Under the pieces are notes generated by a model. It saw only the letters and a list, made by a program, of their open reading frames with translations. It did no database searches and was not told the origin of the DNA. A stretch of DNA of 64,000 nt from Octopus bimaculoides (taxonomy: Eukaryota), in contig NC_068985.1 in NCBI RefSeq assembly GCF_001194135.2, positions 1,293,096-1,357,095 of the forward strand, in the 5' to 3' direction. How positions within the stretch are numbered: position 1 is the stretch's first letter; each line of letters opens with the position of its first letter. Of this stretch, positions 25,712 through 37,892 are shown piece after piece. A program made the position numbers and the translations under genes.

Positions 25712-27004
25712 TGTATGTATGTATGTATGTATGTATATCCACACACATGCACATATATATATGTCTGCTTTTGTGTCTGTGTATGTCTCGCTAACCAGTG
25801 TTAGTCTGTTTATGTCCCTGAAAATAAGTGATTCAGCAAAGAAACAATGGAACAAATGCCAGGCTTTAAAAAATAATTGTTGGGGGCCAATTCATTTGAT
25901 AAAATTTCCTTAGGTGGATGCCCCAGCAAGGCCACAGTCTAATGATTGAAACAAGTAAATGATAAAAGATAAAATGTCGTTTATTATCCAAATATTTTTT
26001 CAAATTCTAACCAGATTAAATCAGAGATAGAAATGTATAGTAGTGCAACAGTTAGATAATTTTAAATATCTCTGAGAAAATTGGAATATTTGGGGCAAAT
26101 GATGCCTTCTACTATATTGACAATGATGACTCCTTGAGAATGGTTAGAACCTCATTGGATACCATTGTGTCTATAAGTTGAAATTCTATTTTGATGTCAC
26201 CTGATATGTATGTCTCTGCAGAAACTTTAAAACTGTCCATTTAGGTATAGCCACATGCCTGGTTCAGGAGCACCACCAGGCTGTTGGGTGCCTGGAGTAC
26301 ATCCTGCAGCAAACATTTGCACCAGATCTGAGAGTATTCCAATGAGTTTCCCTCTATCATAACTCAAAGTCCTTTCAGAAGTTCATAAATGCTGCCGTTT
26401 CTCCTCTGAGTAAAATCTAAAACTGACAGTCTCTGCATCAATTTTGATAAAATGTAGCAGTTCTTTTTTTTTTTCTACATTCTTTATAATCTAATGGTAG
26501 AGCTACAGTTCAAGAAACGACTCTTTCAACTGCCTTCCAGCATATTGATATAAAACACCTCTCCATTCCTTGCTACAGACTTAGTATTGTTGTCTTAGTC
26601 CTGTATACACTGCTTAAGCATTTTGATAGCTTACAGTTTTGATTAACCCTACAATTGCATTGAAATCCTTGGTGTTGTCATGGTTTTGAAACTACTTGAG
26701 GCTTGTTCATAATGATACTACCTACGCCCTCTGCACAGTCGTAATTAACTTCAATGTTTTTCTTATTAAATTGGTAAACGTACTTGTGACTGTGGAAAGT
26801 GTTTACCATTAATACTGAGAAGTTTCTAGTTATGTTACTTACAACATTCTTATATCTCTTATGATGTATTAGAGATTTTTCTATTTAATTTCATTGACAC
26901 CTATCAAATATATTTCGATTCTAATTCAATTCTCGACTGAATTCTGTGAGGAATTTCTGGCACTAGTGGTGTGTATACATACATGTCAATGTGAGTGCAT
27001 GTCT

Positions 27005-27070
<66 letters not shown>

Positions 27071-27623
27071 ATGCGAGCTTGGGTGTGCTTGTATTTCTAA
27101 ATCTACATGGATATAAATATTTGTCTGTATGTGTGTGTGTACATATGTCAGTATGCCTGACTGTGTGTGTTTGCCATTACACTCGGATGTTTTATTTTTC
27201 ATTTTGTAAATATGTTGCGCAAAAGACTTACAAACACTAAACGGATTTATAGATACACGCACACATGCAGGCACACATGCAGGCACACACAGAGACACAC
27301 CTCAAATACAAATACACAGCTACATAAACTAATAAAGGATCCCTTTTTTAGACTTTTGACCTGCTAAAGATAGCAGCTATATCTCTATCAAATCAAAACC
27401 CAACAAAAACAAAAAACAACACATTAGATAAGATAATTTAAGAAAACCATAAGAAAATGAGGAAAATCACGGCAGGAATGGTTTACTCAGCGAACACGAA
27501 TATAGCTCTGTGTGTGGGTGGGTGGGGCAGTTATGGGATTAGCATCACTGACAGCACTGTGACCCCTCAACATTTTCCATATTGACATGGATTAGACTGC
27601 TTGAGAGAGAATTCTTTGAGTAG

Positions 27624-27660
27624 ATGAGATTCTTGAGGCCAATCCATTCTTCTGTCTGAA
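27624..27660 (+). CDS. Candidate exon (D)EILEANPFFCL(K)
   Basis: ttctttgagtag| acceptor and AA|gtaaga donor. Phase-compatible with 28755-28794 (NLALRKPHFFEMI, donor gtaaga). No homology recognised. Confidence 0.3.
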
Positions 27661-27839
27661 GTAAGATACTTGATTCTATGCTTTCATAAACTGGATCCTG
27701 TGAGGCATCTTGTTTATGAGACACTTAAACAATGCCACCCCAATTCTATGTTGGGTAAAGACACACAAATACAAACACTGACCAACATGCATGCACACAT
27801 ATACATATGTACACACATGCACACACACACATATGTATT

Positions 27840-27890
<51 letters not shown>

Positions 27891-28327
27891 TGAGTGTGTA
27901 TAATTTCAAACAAACAGTAAGTTGTCATCGTAGTACTTGGAGTTTCGAATGTCCGAGCGAAGAGCTACGATACATTTTTGTTGGCTATTAATAGCAACAG
28001 ACGCTATGAAAAACCATTGAATAAAAGCAAAGTTACTCTAATATATATATTTTATGTATAAATATATATATGCATATTGTGTGTGTGTGTATGTGTGTGT
28101 GTGTGCAGATATGTGAATGTGCATATGTATATATATATAGATATAAATATATAAATAATAAGGGTAAAAATTAATATTAATGAAATTAATATCAATTTAA
28201 ACCAGTGCCCTTACATTCCGGTATTTGCTGAATTTTCTTGAGAACAATTTTCCTTAGTGGTCAGACCATATGAGGGGGTCTATCTAAGCATATTAGGAGT
28301 CCACCTAGTGGACATTCCTCATATATG

Positions 28328-28403
<76 letters not shown>

Positions 28404-29058
28404 AAGAGAGAGAAAGAGAGAGAGAGTCAAAGTTTTGAGTTGATCCCATCAGCCTTCCATGTGCATGGACTCACTTTAAAATTAATCATCAATAATCTAA
28501 TAATTTATTTAAGCATTTAACTTAATTTTAATTTGAACCATTCACTTCCCTCCTCTTGCATGTACAATATGCTTCTTTGATTCAACATCTGTAATTTTAG
28601 GAAAATTCTTATATTTTTAGGATTTTCTACAAATCTTTTTAAAATTCTAATATTATCTTAAAAATCTTTTATGTCTCAAAATTATATATTTTGAAATCTT
28701 TTAAATCTTTAATGTACCTCTGATGAGAGAAATGTGGTCATTTGTTATGGATAGAAACCTCGCCCTTCGCAAACCACACTTTTTTGAAATGATCGTAAGA
28801 ATGTGTACTCACTATAGAATCATCCTAATTCGTCATGTACCACTGCTTCTTGGATTTCTACCTTCTAACCTCATCATCGATTTGTAAAATTTGAAAGTTT
28901 GACACTGAATGTTTTAATACAGGTACATTTGTGCATTTTACGCTTTCATGATTTGTATATTTGTACATGAAATGATACTGTATATGAATATGCATATGAT
29001 GCGAAATGATTTAATTTGATAAAGGGAGCTGACCATTGAAATTTGTTCTCCATTCTAG

Positions 29059-29128
<70 letters not shown>

Positions 29129-30819
29129 CAAACATATGTGCACACACATATATGTACATATATAGGACAGGTTTCTGCACAGTTTCTGTCTACCAATTTC
29201 ATTTACAAAGCATTGATCAACTTGAAATAATTGAGCAAGATATTCACTTAAGATGCTAAATGCTAGTTTCAAACCCATCGACACTTTCACATTAGTTTAC
29301 ATGGCTAATCGTTTTTAATCTGCTTTTTATGCCTTTCTAATAAAAGAATAAACTTGCTACAGATGCCCATTCCACTCTGATATAAAGAACACGATGTGTG
29401 CTAGGATTCTGGCAGAATAAACTACAACAAACGTAATGGCTTTCGACCCTTGCACAGGCACACCATGTAATGGCTGCTGCAACGATTTGCTCCATGATTA
29501 GATTTCACAGTGGTTCATCATTATACAAGCTAACACTTCTTTGCCTTCTTCTTCTTCACCTTCTTCTTCTTCTCCTTCTTCTTCTCCTCTCTCTCCCTTT
29601 CTCTCCCCCCTCTCTCTCTCCCTCCCATACTTTCTTGCAGAAATTATAACGCCAGAACAAATATGCTTGATTAGCAAAAGAAACAAGGTGATACTTCATT
29701 GCAGATACCAGAAGAATTAATTTTTGAAAGGAAAATGATCCAAAATACAAGCAACACAAACATCTGATGCAACAGCAATAGAAAGAGAAGTGGAAACACA
29801 ATAATGCTTATCTGAATGGAACAACAAAGCAACAAAATAACTAAACATATTAACTCAGAGGGAAAAATTGACTCTTGAGAGACATCAGATATAAAAGGCA
29901 AACTCCAACAGGAGTATATTAAAACGTCTTTAGTGACAGATATTTGAATATGTAAGATATAATAAAAATAACAACTTATGAAGCAGAGAGTCTGAGAACT
30001 TTTAACAATGAGTATTTGAAGAATGTAATCAACAACAACTGAACCAGCCAATCAAAATGTAATAAATGCAGAAAGAAATGTATGAGAATATCACATGAGT
30101 TAGCAACAGTGGGATGCAATTACAGAATCAGAAAGTGAAGACAGAATGACCACTAAATTAACCAATGAAAAATGATCTGCAGATATACAATTTTAGAAAA
30201 AAAATTAGATGAAAGTGTTGTATAAAACTATATAAAGTTAAACAAAAGTGAAAGCGAACAATGGAAAATAGAGCAACCAACAAAAAACATGGAGGATTGA
30301 GAAAATTCCTTTATGACAGACTATTTAGCGAGTAAAAAAGATCTGAGAGGGTTATTTGCATTTTTATTCTTAATTACACCTAGGCAGGTTCAGATACAAA
30401 ATGTGTTAGTATTTTTAATATACATCGAAGGAGAATAACTTCCCTCTTTTAAGATAACCATGTGTTGAACAATATCTGGTTCATTGGAACATAGGATTCT
30501 GTGACACCAATGAACAAATATGCAGATAACCATTCCAGATCTCACTGCACATGCTGCAAGTAAGGATTATTTTATCAGTTGGCAGATATAAACACTGCTC
30601 AACATATTTGTACAGTGAAAGTATACAAAAAAAGACCAATGGTTTGGTTTAGATTTAAAAGGCCCAGTGGGGTTTCTGGCTCATGAGATGCAACATTTTG
30701 AAATACTAGTGTTGCAGACCCCATGTGACTATGAGCCAAGTATATTGAACACACAACCATCATAAAAGAGAGGAGTTATTCTCCTATGACATACCCAACA
30801 GTAACCAGCATATTTTGTG

Positions 30820-30851
<32 letters not shown>

Positions 30852-30932
30852 CGTTCACTATGACAGATCGCTAGCCACTATACTATTCTATAGCCACTAT
30901 TTTATTTTCTCTTCCTGTTTATTTCTGTGTTC

Positions 30933-30968
30933 CTTTCTGTTGAAGAGCATAGGCTCGAAACGTAAGAC
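30933..30968 (+). ncRNA. Hammerhead-like motif, CUGUUGA core variant (family H2)
   Basis: CTGTTGA(30937-43)-A-GAGC-ATAG-GCTC-GAAA-CGT-A. Stem I is weakened, apparently by a short deletion. Lies within repeat 30860-31050. Confidence 0.5.
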
Positions 30969-31051
30969 TTTCTCACTTCTCGAGCATTAAATTAATACAA
31001 CTGTTTGTTGTTTACACACCTGTCTTGGTCTTTTGTTTTTTTGTAAATTTC

Positions 31052-31085
<34 letters not shown>

Positions 31086-32487
31086 CACCCATTACACTCT
31101 CCAAGTGGTTGACATTAGGAATGGCATCCAGCCATAGAAACCATGCCAAATCAGACTGGAGTCTGGTGCAACTCCACAGCTTGCCAGCTCTGGTCCAAAC
31201 CAACTAACCCATGCCAGCATGGATAACAGATGTTAAATGATGATGAGGATAATGATATATACATGTAGATATTGGAGCAGACGTGATTCATGTGTCTTCT
31301 TCCAAAGTATGTGGTCTTGGCTTCAGTCCAACTGTACAACACGTTGGGTGTCCTCTATTATAACATCAGGTCAACCAAAACCTTGAGAAAGGATTTGGTA
31401 GAGGGAGACTGAAAGTAGTCCATCGTGTGTGTGTGTGTGTGTGTGTGTGTGTTCAAATGTACCCCTGTCCAAACATTATATGATGGCTGTAAACAAGAAT
31501 GACCCTCATGCAAATGATGTCCTTCATTTCCAGCCTTCCATGATAAACATGTCTGGCCATGGGGAAATAGTACCTTTCTAGGAAACAGGTAAGGCTTGGT
31601 GACACAAAAGGCATCTAGCCTTCAAATATCCGCTACAATAAATTCTATGTGACCTTTGTAAGTATGAGAAAGAGGTTCTTAAATGATGGTGATGATATAT
31701 CATATATATCGTATATATATGTATATATATATAAATAAACATATGCATATAGCCATATATTGTAAACTTTAGCTGAAATCAAGTGATAACTTCTCAAGAA
31801 GAATGACATAATCTATGTTTTTCTCTCTCTGATATATCCAATATTAAGACAGTGGATATATTTACTGATTAAAAAAATAATTTAGTGTAATTATTTAAAG
31901 TAGTATATCGTACAGTAGTTTTGACATGAAGAATGTATTGGTAGATAATAAAGAAAAAGAATATATATATATATTACGTTCTATATTTGTTTGTTTGTTT
32001 GTTTGGTTTTGGTATTGTTTCTCACACATTTCATGAAGCACAAATCCAACAATCTTTGCAAATGAATCAACATTTATGAATCAAGCAGAGCTTGTCAGCA
32101 TGTTTCTGAAACAATTTATCCAAAGTATAATGAATTCATATGATTGATTTATTTTATGCATTAATATGACGCAGGCACAGTAATTTTGTAGTTATACTTA
32201 AGACATTCGTGCATGCTCAAATGTGGGAAGATCACTGCTGAAATATTTTCCTTGTAGACAAACTATGTGGAAACACACTTCACTGGGCTATGAATGATGT
32301 CACCAGATTGTAGGACACATGTTTCAGCATTGTTAGACTTCATCAGCTGCAGGTGTCAAATCCATAATTTATAACCTACTAACAACTGCCATTCTTTAAA
32401 CAACAAAAAATAAGAAAATTGCAATTTTTAAATCTTGCAATTTGAGATATTCAACAACAGTACTTTGGAGTAAAGATTATGTGCCAT

Positions 32488-32745
32488 CATAACATGGCAG
32501 TCCTGGTTTAGGACGAATGTTACAGTAATTTAGCCCCATAAGACATCGTCTCCAGCTATGCTGATGAAGGGAAATAACCCGGAAATCATGATACACAGAT
32601 ATTCTTTTGAGCTGAGTGGAGGTGCAAGATTCCCTTGTTTGAAAATATAAGGACACAGATCGTGTTGTATAGTCAGCTCGAGACGATGTCTCCTGGGGCT
32701 AAATTACAGCAACATTCACCCTAAACTAGAACTGACATTGTTATG
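32488..32745. mobile_element. Fold-back/MITE-like element with about 70-bp inverted arms enclosing a hammerhead motif
   Basis: Arm 32488-32557 is the reverse complement of 32675-32745 (TAATTTAGCCCCA...GACATCGTCTC), with some mismatches. Confidence 0.8.
32556..32598 (+). ncRNA. Minimal type I hammerhead ribozyme motif (family H3)
   Basis: CTATG-CTGATGA-A-GGG-AAATAA-CCC-G-GAA-ATCATGAT-A-CACAG. Intact core, 3-bp stem II, perfect 8-nt palindromic stem III, UA site, 4/5-bp stem I. Confidence 0.65.
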
Positions 32746-33595
32746 TTGGCAAATAATCTTTACAACAAAGCATAAATTTTCCACTATGTGCAAAGCTTTC
32801 TCAAGCTGGAATCACCTCATATTTTGGCACAGGAAAGTTGGTACAAAATATTTCGTAATAGATATCTAGACAGAAGCTGGAACTACAAGGGTAAGAGAGC
32901 ATTTCAAATTATGTTACATTTCTCCTGTTATTAGTGGAGTTAAGACAATTAAACGAGTTGCTATGTTGAACACATTTATTTACAAAATAAATTAACAAAC
33001 ATGATAATGAAACAGCCACTCCATACAAGGCCATACATATGACTGTATGACTGGAAAGTATATCATAGTGGCAAAGAAGTCATTAAAGTAAATTAAAAGT
33101 CAACAAACCACATTGAAAATTAATTAGAATTATGAAACTATCAATTGATAACAAAAGATAATTATGCACAACTTAAAATCCAATAGAAAACCATCAAATT
33201 CAAATTCTTCTTCATCATTTCATCTATCAAAAGGCCCCAGTCCTTGTTTGGTGTGTGGTGTGTATGCCTCAATGATCCTAAGAGCTGAGCCACTGAAGTG
33301 CAATCTTCTTGTAGGACCCACTCCCCATGCAGAGGTTAGAGGCCAAATTAATTAATACCACCTCTTCCAAGAAGTAAAAATGTTTAAACCTATTATTCAA
33401 TACATTCTCCATTCCATAAGGATATGATTGAAGGGAAATTTCTGGTAGGGTCGGTAAGCAAATGAGTTACCTAAATGTTCTCTCATGAACTCAAATATAA
33501 TCATGTGTATGTATATATACTCATGCTTTGAATTCTGTTTTTCCTGTTTGCTTTACCAAACAAACACACACACACACACATATATATATGTGTGT

Positions 33596-34820
33596 GTTAT
33601 GAGGCAAAAGTCACATACCATAGGAATTAATTAATTAATAATGTTTTAAATGTCTACTTTGTTCTGATATTTTCTTATTCGCTGAAACAGTTTTGGCGAA
33701 GTAAGACAGGTAAAAACTAATGAAGGATGAATGAGTTACCTTAGTGTTCATGTATGAGAAAACAGTTGCTACTCACAGATCTGTTGCAGAGGAATTCAAC
33801 AAGCAGAATCCACACCGATTTCCAATTGATAAGTCAACTGTTGGACATCTAATTAATTGTTTTAAAGAAACTCTTAGTGTTGCTGACCACCCCCAAAGAG
33901 GGCAATTGATCCAACATCAACAGTGGTTATTTTAGAAACTCTTACAAACAACCCCAAAACATTTGATGAAGAAGTTAAGTCAAGTGATGAGGATTAGCCA
34001 AAGGTCAGTTTTCCATATTCCCCATGGACATCACTTCCATCCTTACAAAGTTCACTTGGTGCAGGAATTGCATGGGGATAACCTCGATCGCTGAAAAAAG
34101 TTTTGCTAGTAATATTTGCAAAACAGCGATCATTCCATATTCTTCAGTGGTGAAGCCATGTTTTATCCAAGTGGGCACATCAATAGACACAACTGTTGTT
34201 ATGATAACCCTAGATTGATGCCAGGTAGTCACATGCAAAATGATCCTAGAATTATGGTAATGGGCTGGAATATGGGAGAATCAGTTAATCAGTCCTTACT
34301 TCTTTGACGGTAATGTCATGGGTGAAACCTACCTTCACATGCTATCGACTTTCTAACTGGATTATATGTGTAATGTTCCATTAGCAAAAAAGATCAAACA
34401 TGCTCTTTCAACAGGCTGGAGCACCACCACAATTTAATTTGATTGTGCACGACTTTCTAAATGAACATTTTCCTAACAAATGGATAGGTTGAAGAGACCC
34501 TGCTGAGTGGCCACAGAGGCCACCAGACCTCACACCCTTGAACTTTTATTTGTGGGGCCATTTGAAATCAGTTGTTTATCAGACACATCCTAGAAATATC
34601 GAGGAACTTAAAGAAAGAATTGAAAATGAATGCAGTAAAATAACAGAGGAAACTCTCCATGTTAAGGAATCATGCAGGCACAGAACTGAAATGTGTAATG
34701 GAAAGGAAAAGGAGCATTTCGAACAGCCCATACAACGATTAAATAACTAGCAAATAAAATTTTCGGGTGTAATTATATTTTTAATGAATTATCCCTATGG
34801 TGTGTGACTTTTGCCTCACC

Positions 34821-34823
<3 letters not shown>
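33596..34823 (+). mobile_element. Tc1/mariner DD41D (rosa-type) transposon, full span, inactive
   Basis: TIRs TGAGGCAAAAGTCACAYACCATAGG at both ends. Transposase remnants FSGEAMF, FQQAGAPP, WPQRPPDLTPLNFYLWGHLK. 41 residues counted between the second and third catalytic positions. Stops and frameshifts present. Confidence 0.85.
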
Positions 34824-34858
<35 letters not shown>

Positions 34859-34868
34859 NNNNNNNNNN

Positions 34869-34899
<31 letters not shown>

Positions 34900-35060
34900 A
34901 GGCAAGGAAGAAAATGGAGAAGATATTCAATTGATAAACATACGTAATCATATATATATATATATATATGGTGTGTTATGTGAATTTATGGAAAGGAATC
35001 CCATAAAAATCAACAAATTTGTTAAAAATGAAGAGATGTAAAAATATAAGAGAGTTTTAA

Positions 35061-35186
35061 TTCATGCAGACGAGTGTTTCAAACAGTGATATAAAAATCA
35101 TGCAAATTCATGGTAGAATAGAAATAATCAAATTAATTAAATTAAATTAAATTAATTATACATCACTGTTCTCTTCAGTGCAAGAA
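35061..35186 (-). ncRNA. Type I hammerhead ribozyme motif with canonical core and GUC site (family H4)
   Basis: Minus strand: TTCTTGCA-CTGAAGA-GAACAGTGATGTA...TATATCACTGTTT-GAAA-CACTCGTC|TGCATGAA. Stem I 7/8 bp, stem II about 13 bp with an AT-rich loop, 2-bp stem III. Confidence 0.75.
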
Positions 35187-36269
35187 GTATAAACAAAATT
35201 TTTACAAAGGACTTGAGAAAGGAACTAGCAGAGTAGAATTTCGGAGATTCATATTTATCCTTATGAGACAGAAAGAAGACATGTAAGTCCAATTATGTAT
35301 AAATTAAAACTTATTTATTAATAATTTATAAAAAGACTACATCCCATCTAACAGCTGTTTCTGCTGCCAATGTTCTTTGGAATTAGCATTATGATGCTAA
35401 GAGAATATTTATCATGGTTGGTAATAAAACCGATCTGAATCATGGAGCTTCATTGGAGTGGAAAATAGGAGACAAGAAAAGAAGAAGGAAAGTTTGAATA
35501 TGGTGAGAGTCATGTCATGTTGTGTGTAGAGCCATTGGATAATATGTAAATGACCAAAATTTAAAATAAAAGGGGCATTTGGTGAGATATTCCTATGTAT
35601 GGTGGAGGATAGGTTAGAAAATAATATCTATTTATGCAAATAAGATAGGTCAAAGATGGAGTAAAAATACTATAAAGTGTTGGTAATAATAATCATGTTT
35701 ATAGTACTAACTAATAGTATCGATCATAATAAATTACTTATCAATTTGATATAATTTTTCACTTACTACGAGTAGGCCTTTCACTCAATCCACCTATTGT
35801 CCAAATTAGGTAGACCAGGGCCTACTGCCAGATTTAATTGGTCAGTTAGTATTTAAAAACAAAAAAACTGACTACTAATAAACCGTTATTCTCCAGGGTA
35901 AAATAAACAAATGATATATGGTACAAGGGGCACCGAGCTGTTTAAGTCAATATAAAAATAAAAATAATATAAAGATATAAAGAAAATAAGATAAAATAAA
36001 ATAGAATAAGACTAATAAAATAAAATAATAATAAAAAATTTGAAAATTTTCCAGTTGGACGTTTAGGAATTTTGATGGTTAAAGGGAGAAGGAGCCTAAA
36101 ACCATTTAGGTCAATAAAATAAAGATATAAAAATAACAATAAAAAATTACCAGTTGGACATTTANNNNNNNNNNATATGGGAGAATGTACGAAAAAACAA
36201 CAACAGACGAGGACAGGTGGTGTAAATAACAAAAGGATGTATTAGTATGACGCTCGGGAATACGGAAAG

Positions 36270-36306
36270 TCTTTAACGTTTCGAGCTACGCTCTTCAACA
36301 GAAAGA
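36270..36306 (-). ncRNA. Hammerhead-like motif, CUGUUGA core variant (family H2), best copy
   Basis: Minus strand: TCTTT-CTGTTGA-A-GAGC-GTA-GCTC-GAA-ACGT-T|AAAGA. Perfect 5-bp stem I, 4-bp stem II, ACGU palindrome. Lies within PLE-terminal-like repeat sequence (about 35800-36530). Confidence 0.6.
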
Positions 36307-37817
36307 ATACGGAGAGAAGGAGAAAAACACAGAGAAAAAAAATTGAATAGTGTCCAGTCAGCGGTCAATAATAGTAATGGCTAATCATAGTTAGGCGCCA
36401 TAGAGTTCTTGAATCATAATCAAATCTTCCCTAGAGAACACAGCTTTCCCAATTAAAGGACCTGAACCAGATTCCGAAATCTTGCACATCACTCACAATA
36501 ATGGCTTATACACTATGCATGGCTTCTAGATAGATATGATCTTTGAAATCTAAACATTTGGGCCAAAGATTGGACTTTAGGAATTAAGATGTCTTAGCTA
36601 TGAACATAATGCTGTGCTGATGAAAGGTTCTGAACTGTTGACCTCTTCACTAGTTGTCTTGGACTGTATTGGTTCTGTCACATAAACTCAGTGTGAAGCA
36701 ACCACATTCAGGGGTTTATGGAATGACTGACATCTTAGTATATTTGTTGTTGACACATGTTTTACTTCACCAATTATAAACCAATAATCTGGCAGCCATT
36801 TTTAAAATAAAAAGCAAAACTCATTAGAATTTGTCTCTTGGCTTATTTTGCTCTCAATTCTAGATTTGTCTAATCATTAAACTCCTCACTAACTTTCCAC
36901 ACAGACACAAGGAAGTAAAAATACAGAAAAAAATTAACTCTCAGCTCTCTCAAATGGGAAATAATGCTATTTATGCCTGAGGGAATCAAATGACTTGAAA
37001 CTAAAACAGAAATGTTACCCACCCACTTGGAGACTAACTCCTCTTTATTTTATTCATCACATTTGATAAAACAAAGTTATGAAGTTCATGAGAATATTAT
37101 GATTTGTTATCTGTACAAAATTATAATATGAGATATCACACATCAAAGATAATAATCAAACTCACATTTAAATTTATATAATGAAACTTAAATTTGGTTT
37201 TCTTATCAGATTGAAAGCAATGGTTTAGAAAACTGAACTAAAGCTGGCATAAAGCAATTATGCTCTGAAGAAAATAACTCATGATTGACTATTACTTGCT
37301 ATAAATAGTTGAATCAAGAAGGTAAAAATTATGAAACTGACAAGTATGTAGATAGTTTGCTAGGTCAATGATATTAATGTTGACAACGAGAATATTGTGT
37401 TGGAAATTCTGCTGCAAAATATAACCATGTTGTTAAATGAAAAACACTCATAAGAAAAAAAGGTAATGAAACAGTTGCTGGCTTATATGTCACTTGAATC
37501 TATAGAAAAGTAAGGTCGAAGCCAAGTAAATTTTTTTTTAGCAACCAAAATGTGATTTTGTTTTTTCTTTCTATTACTGGTCAATACATTTGGGAGTATC
37601 TAATATATACAGAATCAAGAATCTATCTTTGTACTGTTATTCGACTTTGTTGCTCATATTCATGTTAGGGGCCCTTCACAGTTGTTTTGCTTAGCTCATT
37701 CTCATTTCCCCACATATGCACATAATCATACACACACACACACACATGATGCTTTGGGTTATAAAGAAAGAAAAAATGAAAATAAATTACCAGAAACTTG
37801 TTAAAGGTTTCTATTAG

Positions 37818-37892
37818 CAGGAAGTCTCCTCCATATTACAGAACTTTGCATTCCTGAATATGTTGCCATAACAGAGGATTCTGTAATGGAAG
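37818..37892 (+). CDS. Candidate exon (A)GSLLHITELCIPEYVAITEDSVME
   Basis: tttctattag|cag acceptors, donor AAG|gtttat. Phase-compatible with 38089-38167 (EYILITKDVDCCVMGAGSNGSLLEGE). Confidence 0.3.

Noticed and set aside
29700-30400. Possible very old LINE remnants (also about 26200-26450, 42500-42780, 51200-51480, 56850-57150)
   Set aside because: Only faint motif echoes, and the family cannot be assigned by eye.
36610-36650. CTGATGA-AAGG... possible hammerhead
   Set aside because: No GAAA in register and no stem I or III. Other CTGANGA hits (14395, 25425, 28720, 39016-39041 minus, 45541) failed similarly.
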